IMG/VR virus record: IMGVR_UViG_3300044513_001674 | Span: 1-37,345 of that record | Length of the DNA: 37,345 nt | Reading direction: 5' to 3' (one strand) | Source of the DNA: a virus | Taxonomy: Duplodnaviria; Caudoviricetes | Shown here: positions 16,616 to 24,426 of the stretch, piece by piece | How positions within the stretch are numbered: position 1 is the stretch's first letter | Layout of the letters: each line of letters opens with the position of its first letter | The notes under the pieces: model-generated | What the model was told of the DNA's origin: nothing | Databases searched by the model: none | What the model saw: the letters and a program-made list of their open reading frames with translations, nothing else | Made by a program: the position numbers and the translations under genes

Positions 16616-18378
16616 GAAATCTATACATGTTCCAACCGCAATATGCGGTAGAAGTTAGAAACGAAGATACGTATTGGTTACCTTATAGTGTAGGTTGTTT
16701 GTGGGCATATTGTACCCAGTATGAAGATATTGCAAGTGGATATTATCTTAAAGATTTAATTTTTAAAAGAGAGAATCCTGAAGAACTTGTCAATAGATTG
16801 GATAATCCTGCAGTCTGTGCTTTTAGTTGTTATATTTGGAATGAGCAATACAATCTGCATGTTGCAAAATTAATTAAAGAAAAATATCCTGAGTGCATTA
16901 TTGAATTTGGTGGACCACAGGCAACTGATAAACTTGCAAAGTATGAATTTATAGATTGTATTATCATATCTGAAGGAGAAGAAGCATTCTTAGATCTTCT
17001 TAGAAAAGTAATGCATAGAGAACCTTTTGAGAGAATCTACAGAAAACAAAGAATTGAAGACCTTGATTTCCCAAGTCCATATCAAATGGGAGTCTTTAAT
17101 AAAATTATTAAAGAGAATCCAAATGTTCTCTGGTCAATGACTATAGAAACAAATCGTGGGTGTCCTCATAGATGCACTTATTGTGATTGGGGTGGAATGA
17201 CATATCAAAAAGTAAAGCATTTTGATATAACACGAGTCAAAGAAGATATTGATTGGGCAGCAAAGCACAATGTTGGTTTTATTTTTAATGCCGATGCAAA
17301 CTTCGGCATGTTTAAAGAACGCGATGTTGAGATTGCAAAGTTGTTTAGAAAGGCAGCAGATGAAGGTAAACTTGAAGCAATCAACGTTCAATACTCAAAA
17401 AATTCAACTGAGGTTATTTTTGAGATCGCACAAATTCTTGGGGATATTAGTAGAGGCGTAACATTGAGTGTTCAAACTATGAACGAACCAACGCTTAAAT
17501 CAATTAAGCGTAAGAACATGAGCATCAATAAAATCTCAGAGCAGATTGAGAAAAGTAAAAAATATGGAGTAAAAACATATACTGAACTTATCCTTGGTCT
17601 GCCAGATGAGACTTTAGATAGTTGGAAAGAAGGATTTTCAAAAATTCTTGAATGTGGACAACACGAATCAATTGATGTTTGGTTTTGCCAAATGTTTGGT
17701 GATACAGAACTAAACAGCGCAACTTCTAGAGAAGTCTTTGGCATCAAAACTATTAAAGCAGAAGATTATATGTCATTCAGTAATGACGAATATGACATCA
17801 AAGAAGTTATAGAATTAATATCAGAAACAAATACAATGAGTAATGATGAACTTATTGAGGCATATATGTATGGTTGGTTGATAGTTCAATTCCATATTGC
17901 GGGATATACTCAGTTAATTGCAAAACACTTCTTCAATAATTTAAACATAACTTATAGAAAGTTTTATGATGCTTTATTTGATCATGTTAGGAATGATACT
18001 GGCATTATTGGTGATCACTACAGAGAAATTGAGAGAGCAGTAAGTCACTACATGAAGACTGGAAAGATACTTGGCACTGGTAAGCATGGGCACACATTAC
18101 ATGCAGGAAGTTTTGCATTTATGTTTAATAATAAAGATGCCATATTTAAGATGACAGAAGACGTTAGTAGATCATTTATTAATGTTGAATCCGATGTATT
18201 GAAACTACAAAGAGCATTCATTTTTGATGAGAACGCTGAATATCCGTTCTATCTTGAATGCTCTGATAGTAAGTATAAAATTGATACCGAGTTCAAAGAA
18301 TTTGATAAGAATGATCCCCACACCGTTTTTATTTTGAGGCGTAAAGGTCTACTGAAGAATCAATTATGTAAGGTTTAA
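16612..18378 (+). CDS. Cobalamin (B12)-binding radical SAM enzyme, paralog 2
   Basis: Same architecture: AFSCYIWN, GGPQAT, SEGE, ETNRGCPHRCTYCDW, DANFG, ELILGLPDET; ATGA overlap with paralog 1. Confidence 0.9.
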   Translation: MRNLYMFQPQYAVEVRNEDTYWLPYSVGCLWAYCTQYEDIASGYYLKDLIFKRENPEELVNRLDNPAVCAFSCYIWNEQYNLHVAKLIKEKYPECIIEFGGPQATDKLAKYEFIDCIIISEGEEAFLDLLRKVMHREPFERIYRKQRIEDLDFPSPYQMGVFNKIIKENPNVLWSMTIETNRGCPHRCTYCDWGGMTYQKVKHFDITRVKEDIDWAAKHNVGFIFNADANFGMFKERDVEIAKLFRKAADEGKLEAINVQYSKNSTEVIFEIAQILGDISRGVTLSVQTMNEPTLKSIKRKNMSINKISEQIEKSKKYGVKTYTELILGLPDETLDSWKEGFSKILECGQHESIDVWFCQMFGDTELNSATSREVFGIKTIKAEDYMSFSNDEYDIKEVIELISETNTMSNDELIEAYMYGWLIVQFHIAGYTQLIAKHFFNNLNITYRKFYDALFDHVRNDTGIIGDHYREIERAVSHYMKTGKILGTGKHGHTLHAGSFAFMFNNKDAIFKMTEDVSRSFINVESDVLKLQRAFIFDENAEYPFYLECSDSKYKIDTEFKEFDKNDPHTVFILRRKGLLKNQLCKV

Positions 18379-18991
18379 ATGCTTCTAATGCTTCATCCCA
18401 CAAAATTCTTCTCTCATATGGAGTATTTTTATCCATCAAAGCAATAGTAATAGTAAATCTTTTGTTATCTGTTGGATTGTGTGAACTATGAAGTGGTCCA
18501 ACGTTAACTAAACTTGGTGTTGATACATCTGCTTCATATTCAAGAGTTGAATATTGTTCTCTTGTTACTAAAACTTGTCCATGATAATGATCGTTAGTTC
18601 TATCTCCAACATTATATTCACTTCTTTCTGGAATATCTGTTGAACAAACTTGTTCTGCGCTGGTGCTAACTCGCATAACCATATCAGATTTCCACCACCT
18701 CATTGTGGTTCCTTCTCCATCAAATTGGAATATAAGTTTTGCCCAGTCAGCATAATAGACATTATCTGAATGTATTACTCCATCATCATGAGGTGGAGTA
18801 TAGAAAAATTCTATCCAGGTAGAGGTAAATCCCATACTCTCTAACCATGGTTTTATTTTATCGTTGTCAAGATCTTCAAATTGCAACTGTTTATGAAATT
18901 CTGGCCAACGTATTCCTTCTGTTTTATACTTAGACACATCAATATTGGGGATATACTCCCCAATATCTAAAAATCTATGATAACGATTCAT
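18329..18991 (-). CDS. Putative Fe(II)/2-oxoglutarate-type (cupin/DSBH) oxygenase
   Basis: FFYTPP...VIHSD (HxD), distal PSLVNVGPLHSSHN (H) and KRFTITI (basic residue then beta strand) match the facial-triad layout; starts 2 nt after the g20 stop. Confidence 0.6.
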   Translation of the reverse strand: MNRYHRFLDIGEYIPNIDVSKYKTEGIRWPEFHKQLQFEDLDNDKIKPWLESMGFTSTWIEFFYTPPHDDGVIHSDNVYYADWAKLIFQFDGEGTTMRWWKSDMVMRVSTSAEQVCSTDIPERSEYNVGDRTNDHYHGQVLVTREQYSTLEYEADVSTPSLVNVGPLHSSHNPTDNKRFTITIALMDKNTPYERRILWDEALEAFKPYIIDSSVDLYASK

Positions 18992-18993
18992 AA

Positions 18994-20652
18994 CTAAACA
19001 ATTCCAGGTGCTTCAGTACTTCCTCCATCTTTTGCACCATCAAGATTTGGTTCTTGAATTGGTGCTCCCAAATCTTCACCACCAGCAGGCATTGGTTCTC
19101 CAGTTGCAGGATCAATTGGTGCATTTGGATCTGGAATAATTCCAGCGGCAATCTCTTTTTTAATGAGTTTATCTTGTTCAATAATCTCTTCATCTGTCTG
19201 ACGAAGAATTTTACGACGTACCCAATCTTGAGAATAATATTTGCCAATATATGGTTCAGCGGTTGCTGCAATATTAAGTCGCTCTGTCATCAACTCTGCT
19301 TCTTTAAGTTCAGAGAAATGATTATCATAAAGGAAGTCATACTGAATATGTTCAGACATGATCTCCCAGTCTTCTGGAGATACAATATTTTTAAGAAGAA
19401 GTTGAGTTCTCAACAAATCATTAAACATATTTGAGAATCTCTTTCTAAGTCTACCAACAAATTTAGTAAACTTAAGTTCGTCTCTTAAAATTTCAGAAGA
19501 ACGACCGAGGTTAAATCCTTCTTGTCCACCAATTCTAGATGATGGTACATTTAGGGAACGATACAACTTCTCTTGGAAGTACTTGATATCAGATAACTCT
19601 CCTAAGTTTTGTCCACCAGGAAGTGTAGAGATTTCTGTTCCTCTACCACCTTCGCGGCGAGGCAACCAGAAGTCTTCCAACATTGACATGTATTTTTTAT
19701 CATCTCTAATCTCACCAGTATTAGCATCATAAACCAACTTGTTACGATATCTCATCATAACATCACGGAGGTATTGTTCTGCCTTCATTTTAGGCAAGTT
19801 GCCAACATCAATATAAAAGATGCGACGTTCGGGAGCACGAGATAGGCGATAGATAACCAAAGAATCTTCAATCATTCTTAACTGATTGAGAGACTTAATT
19901 GCTTTATGAAGATATGATAAAGTAAGATTTTTATTGCGATCTACAAGACCAGATGTACAATATGTGATTGAATCTTTGGAGAATTTAACACCATTAGAAG
20001 CTTGATTATTGCCTCTATTAATGATTCCAGTCTGACTTGCTGATTGGTTATAAACAAAATATTCTTGAATATCTGGGAATCCAGTATCTTTTGGATCCTT
20101 TTCTCCACTAGGTAAATATCTAACATCTTCTGGTTTTTTCTTACCTGCTTGCCTTACAAACCGCATTTTTAATGCATCAATGTAACGCAATTCTTGAATT
20201 CCGTCTGTAGGATTTTTTATGTCAATTACTTTGTGGTAATATAGTCTTCCATCAACATACCAATTTCTGTAAATTTCATGGCACTTCTTATCGAAGTCCA
20301 TCATCTCCAGAATGTGCTTAAACTCTTCTCTAATTTTTTTCTTTAGTCCATCACTAGCATTGAGGTTTGATAACTCAATTTGTACTGGACTATCATTAGT
20401 ATCACTTACAATCGCCTCATTAACAATATCTTCGATAGCACCATCGACTTCGGGATGTAGTGCCATCTCCCTGTATCTTCTAATCAGATCATATTCTGAT
20501 TTATATACTCCCTCAATATCTACATACGAACCAAAAAACCCGCTGGTTAAATAATGGTCAACCCCGTCCTCATTATTTTGAGGAACGGGGGAGACCACAC
20601 CTTTGGGTTTCTTATCGTTATCTTCTATCGAAAATCCAAATAATTTGGCCAT
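18994..20652 (-). CDS. g20: Portal vertex protein gp20
   Basis: LFGFSI, YREMALHPEVD, WYVDGR, IEDSLVIYRLSRAPERRIFYIDVGNLPK, EDFWLPRREGGRGTEI. Confidence 0.98.
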   Translation of the reverse strand: MAKLFGFSIEDNDKKPKGVVSPVPQNNEDGVDHYLTSGFFGSYVDIEGVYKSEYDLIRRYREMALHPEVDGAIEDIVNEAIVSDTNDSPVQIELSNLNASDGLKKKIREEFKHILEMMDFDKKCHEIYRNWYVDGRLYYHKVIDIKNPTDGIQELRYIDALKMRFVRQAGKKKPEDVRYLPSGEKDPKDTGFPDIQEYFVYNQSASQTGIINRGNNQASNGVKFSKDSITYCTSGLVDRNKNLTLSYLHKAIKSLNQLRMIEDSLVIYRLSRAPERRIFYIDVGNLPKMKAEQYLRDVMMRYRNKLVYDANTGEIRDDKKYMSMLEDFWLPRREGGRGTEISTLPGGQNLGELSDIKYFQEKLYRSLNVPSSRIGGQEGFNLGRSSEILRDELKFTKFVGRLRKRFSNMFNDLLRTQLLLKNIVSPEDWEIMSEHIQYDFLYDNHFSELKEAELMTERLNIAATAEPYIGKYYSQDWVRRKILRQTDEEIIEQDKLIKKEIAAGIIPDPNAPIDPATGEPMPAGGEDLGAPIQEPNLDGAKDGGSTEAPGIV

Positions 20653-20680
20653 TATAATTGGTAACTAAAACTGTTAGTAC

Positions 20681-20687
20681 TATTTAT
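20681..20687 (-). promoter_or_regulatory. Late promoter (ATAAATA) for g20
   Basis: ATAAATA on the minus strand at the g19 stop. Confidence 0.65.
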
Positions 20688-21286
20688 TATACAATAGCAG
20701 TGCCAGTTTGGTCATTACCCTCTGCTTGCCACCATTGAACTTGGAAGTCAACGGTATATTCCTCGATAGTATCTGATGTGTCATAAGACAGATCAATTTG
20801 AGATACGTTAGTTGGGAAGATATCGTAGAATCTATATGTTCTCAGTGGGGTATTTGTGGTGTCAGATGTATTTGATGTGGAGAATTTAGTTGCACCTCTT
20901 CCAAGTTGATGTACATATGCATCAACCATGTAAGATCCTGGGTTGGTAGCGCCAGTAGCGTTATCCAACTTGCTTATTTGGTTCATCCACTGCTCAAATG
21001 CTGTTCTCAGTTTGAAGTCTTCATCGTTAATGATGGTAACTGTCCAAACATCGAATGTTCTGTCTCCAGCAACCTTCAGAATACGACCTCTAAAAGGAAC
21101 TTCAATTTGTGCAACGTTTGAAGCAGGCAGTGCTGCTGCTTTGCACAGGAAGTTAAAGGTCTCATCATCCCAACCAGTTACGCTGGATGGGAATGATGGA
21201 ATGCTAACTTCAAACAGGTTTGGTCTTGCTGCACCGCCTTGAAGTTTTGCCTTGAAGTCGGTGATAGTTCTAATTGCGCGTGCCAT
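20687..21286 (-). CDS. g19: Tail tube protein gp19
   Basis: GGAARPNLFEV, CKAAALPAS, VPFRGRILKVAGDRTFDVWTVTIIND, FPTNVSQIDL; AGGAGG RBS upstream. Confidence 0.97.
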   Translation of the reverse strand: MARAIRTITDFKAKLQGGAARPNLFEVSIPSFPSSVTGWDDETFNFLCKAAALPASNVAQIEVPFRGRILKVAGDRTFDVWTVTIINDEDFKLRTAFEQWMNQISKLDNATGATNPGSYMVDAYVHQLGRGATKFSTSNTSDTTNTPLRTYRFYDIFPTNVSQIDLSYDTSDTIEEYTVDFQVQWWQAEGNDQTGTAIV

Positions 21287-21306
21287 TTGTTTTGGTCCTC
21301 CTTAGT

Positions 21307-21313
21307 TATTTAA
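21307..21313 (-). promoter_or_regulatory. Late promoter (TTAAATA) for g19
   Basis: TAAATA core in the g18-g19 gap, upstream of the RBS. Confidence 0.55.
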
Positions 21314-21325
21314 TCATCTAGTAGA

Positions 21326-24130
21326 TCAAACTCTACCAGCGACTTCTTCAAAGCTGACGCCAGTTCTTGTAGCAACGAATGTCAGAGTTACATAGTTAAT
21401 AGACTTAGCAGGCTTCAGGAAGATGTCTGCTCTAAATTCGTTGTTATCAATAACGTCAGGGGTGTTGTTAGTCTCGTCGCAAATTACGAGATAGTCATAG
21501 AGTCCGCGCTTTGATTGAATATCGCGGAGATATGGTTCAACGATGTTTACAAAGTTTGTTCTTGTAATCTGATCGTTGAATTCAAAGAGTTGTGCTTCTG
21601 CTGCTCTTTGCAGTGATTGCTCAACTGTTAAGAACAAACGGCGAACGTTAATTCTGTCAAATGCAGATGCATATGCAAGTGCTGTCTTATCACCGAAGAG
21701 GATTACGCCAGCGCCAGTCTGATTAACTACTGAGTTAATTCTTGCAGAGTACAGAGAATCTCTTTGTGTTTTGTTTGGATTGTATGCAAGTTTAATTGCA
21801 TTCTTAATAACACCTCTTTGCTGACCTGCAGGTGAGAACCATGGGTAAGCAATGATGTTTGTTCTGCACATCAGACCAGCAATATCTCCGTTACATGGAA
21901 TGTAACGGAAGAGATTGTTGAATCTATCATAGGTGTACTTGTATCCACTATCAAAGATTGCATAAGAAGACGATGAAAGTGGACCAAAGAACTCAAGAAT
22001 ATTATTTGTTTGAACAACTGGATTGGTCAAATCAACAACACTTGCTCTGTGTGGAGAGACAACTGCCACACAGTCCTTTCTTCCATCTGCAATTGAGATT
22101 AGTTTGTTTGCCTTTGCTTGTGAATCACTAACAGTGTCCAAACCAGGACCCATGATCAAGTAATCAACTGCAACATCTTCTTTATTGTTGAATAATTCAT
22201 ATGCTTCAATAATAGAACCAAGACCAGACTTCAGATTTCCCTGAGTAGTGTAGTTTCTACCACTTTCAAGAGTGTATGTTACTGGTCCAATAGAACTAAA
22301 GGTTGCTCCTTGAGCATTTCTATCCCATGTCAAATTATTCAGAGCACTTGGAACAGAGAATATTGTTGCTGGATCAGAGAATGGATAGATTGTTGGAGTT
22401 GCAGCTAAAGAGAATACAGTTGATGTTGGGAATGTATTGTGGAATACATCATTCTGTGTGCTTTGGTTTGCACCAGCATACAGATATCTTGAGAAGTTTG
22501 CCAAGTAATTCTTATACCACAGTTTTTGTGGAGAATTGACTTGAGATACTGTATCTGTTGCTTTAGAGAGACCAAGATGTTTCTCTAAAATATTTCCTCT
22601 TACACCAGTCAGTGAACCGCTGTCATCAACAACGACGAGGTGCATCTCATCATTCTCACCATTTCTTTCGGCAACATAACCCGATGTTCCTGGTTTTGGT
22701 GCAATCGTTCTCCAGAATATAGTTGAGTTATCAAGACCCAGAGTTTGTGAGTTGTACCAATCATCAATACCAGCAATTGCAACTCTAGAATTTGCCTCTG
22801 TAACTTCAACAATAATCTTGTCGTCTCTAAGTGAAGATACTGCTAATGTTGCATCATCAGTTGGTGTTACACCACCAATTGCAGTTCCTGGGATAGTGAC
22901 AATAGTGGTTGACTCGTATCCGAGACCTTCCGCAACCATTGTGACGGTTCCAATTCCACCAGAAGCATTTCTATAAACATTGAAGGATACGCCAGTACCA
23001 ACAGTACTTACGCCAGCAACATTGATATAGATGCCATTTGATGCAGCGGGAACAGTGGATGCAGTTGTCAAACCAATTTGATCAATAGCACCTTGAGATA
23101 AATCGTAACCGCCAACTGCAGAACCAGCAAAGGTTACAGTTTCACCAACTGTGTATCCAAGTCCAGGATTAACAATAGTTACTCCGCCAGCATCAACATT
23201 ACCATCAGTGTTATTTCTTGTAATGGTAAATGTTCCTTGAGAACCAGCACCACTTGCAGTTCCAGCAATTCCAGTATAAACTTGACCCTGCTCCCCATTG
23301 ATTGCAGTAGATGTTGTAATTCCAACTGCAGAAAGAGAGTCTACTGGAGATGCAACGTCTCCATTGTTATCAATGAAACTGATTCTTTGATTTAAGAGGA
23401 ATGCTGAATATGCACTATTCTCAGTATACCTTACTCTATAGTGCCTTCCAGGTTGTGTTCCACCAGTCGATACTCTTGAGTGTATTTTTACAACAACTGC
23501 AGTTTGACCTAACTCTGGGCTATCAATTACTTGGGTAATCAAACCCTTTAAGTAACCCTGGAATGCTTCAGTTGTTCCAAGACCAGGAATAACTTGACCA
23601 CTGATATCTACAGTAACTCCGTATCCAACTTGAGCACCAACTGATGCACCAGATGTGGTTGCAATACCAAGGATTTGGTCTCCTAAGTCATCAATAACAC
23701 AAACCTTGAGATCGTTACCCCATGTGCCAGGGTTCTTTGCTGAATAATAGAAAGATGCAGCAGATGTTGCGTAGTTTGTGTTATAATCATCAAAGTTCTT
23801 AATCTTTGTTCCTGCAACAGAGGAAGTACCTACACCAACGTTTGAGTTAGCAAGATTGTCTCCGTCTGTACGAACAACTTTTAAAACACCACCATACTGC
23901 AAGTATGATGAAGCACTCATCCAGTACTCATACTGGTTGTCTTCTGTTTTTGGCTTACCAAAGTTGTTGATCAACTCTTGCTCAGTCGATACCGTGATAG
24001 GTTCGTTTACAGGTCCAAGCTCAAAGGGTCCTGCAATACCTCCAATATTGTCAAGAACATTTTCAGCTCTTCCTACGGTTAAATCAACCTCTCTAGTAAG
24101 TACACCAGGAGATAATTGAGGAGTCGCCAT
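21326..24130 (-). CDS. g18: Tail sheath protein gp18 (enlarged, 934 aa)
   Basis: LSPGVLTREVDLT, FGKP, AKNPGTWGN, PWFSPAG, FDRINVRRLF, FEFND, KPAKSINYVTLTFVATRTG. Confidence 0.97.
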   Translation of the reverse strand: MATPQLSPGVLTREVDLTVGRAENVLDNIGGIAGPFELGPVNEPITVSTEQELINNFGKPKTEDNQYEYWMSASSYLQYGGVLKVVRTDGDNLANSNVGVGTSSVAGTKIKNFDDYNTNYATSAASFYYSAKNPGTWGNDLKVCVIDDLGDQILGIATTSGASVGAQVGYGVTVDISGQVIPGLGTTEAFQGYLKGLITQVIDSPELGQTAVVVKIHSRVSTGGTQPGRHYRVRYTENSAYSAFLLNQRISFIDNNGDVASPVDSLSAVGITTSTAINGEQGQVYTGIAGTASGAGSQGTFTITRNNTDGNVDAGGVTIVNPGLGYTVGETVTFAGSAVGGYDLSQGAIDQIGLTTASTVPAASNGIYINVAGVSTVGTGVSFNVYRNASGGIGTVTMVAEGLGYESTTIVTIPGTAIGGVTPTDDATLAVSSLRDDKIIVEVTEANSRVAIAGIDDWYNSQTLGLDNSTIFWRTIAPKPGTSGYVAERNGENDEMHLVVVDDSGSLTGVRGNILEKHLGLSKATDTVSQVNSPQKLWYKNYLANFSRYLYAGANQSTQNDVFHNTFPTSTVFSLAATPTIYPFSDPATIFSVPSALNNLTWDRNAQGATFSSIGPVTYTLESGRNYTTQGNLKSGLGSIIEAYELFNNKEDVAVDYLIMGPGLDTVSDSQAKANKLISIADGRKDCVAVVSPHRASVVDLTNPVVQTNNILEFFGPLSSSSYAIFDSGYKYTYDRFNNLFRYIPCNGDIAGLMCRTNIIAYPWFSPAGQQRGVIKNAIKLAYNPNKTQRDSLYSARINSVVNQTGAGVILFGDKTALAYASAFDRINVRRLFLTVEQSLQRAAEAQLFEFNDQITRTNFVNIVEPYLRDIQSKRGLYDYLVICDETNNTPDVIDNNEFRADIFLKPAKSINYVTLTFVATRTGVSFEEVAGRV

Positions 24131-24169
24131 GAGATTCTGTCTCCTTGATAGTCTCAGTTTATCTGGAAA

Positions 24170-24176
24170 TATTTAT
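24170..24176 (-). promoter_or_regulatory. Late promoter (ATAAATA) for g18
   Basis: ATAAATA 40 nt upstream of the g18 ATG, with AAGGAG RBS between. Confidence 0.7.
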
Positions 24177-24213
24177 TAAAAAGGTCATTTACGCGGGGAA
24201 TATTGACGTGATC

Positions 24214-24426
24214 CTACCAATCTGGATACTCCCATGTGTTTGATCCCTTATTTACTCTCTTTTTAGTGCATTCTTTACATTCATATGAGTATGAAGATGC
24301 AACTGCTCCTCTGTCCTTTCTAGTTCTATAAAACCCTTCGATTAAGTTTTTTCTATCTCCACAAACACGACACTTTCTTTCATGTAATAGTAAATGACCA
24401 AACTTTAACTGACCATCTAAATCCAT
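24214..24426 (-). CDS. Small Cys4 zinc-binding hypothetical protein (70 aa)
   Basis: Start ATG overlaps the g17 stop (TAATG); RKCRVC...FYRTRK...YSYECKEC. Confidence 0.7.
   Translation of the reverse strand: MDLDGQLKFGHLLLHERKCRVCGDRKNLIEGFYRTRKDRGAVASSYSYECKECTKKRVNKGSNTWEYPDW

Noticed and set aside
13718-18991. The island as a RiPP cluster with a dedicated precursor peptide, or as a transposon
   Set aside because: No leader/core-like precursor, transporter, transposase, integrase or terminal repeats are visible; the adjacent 55-aa ORF fits the normal prohead-core slot.
24181-24213. Possible RNA hairpin between the zinc-module ORF and the g18 promoter
   Set aside because: Pairing is weak and interrupted, with no convincing stem.
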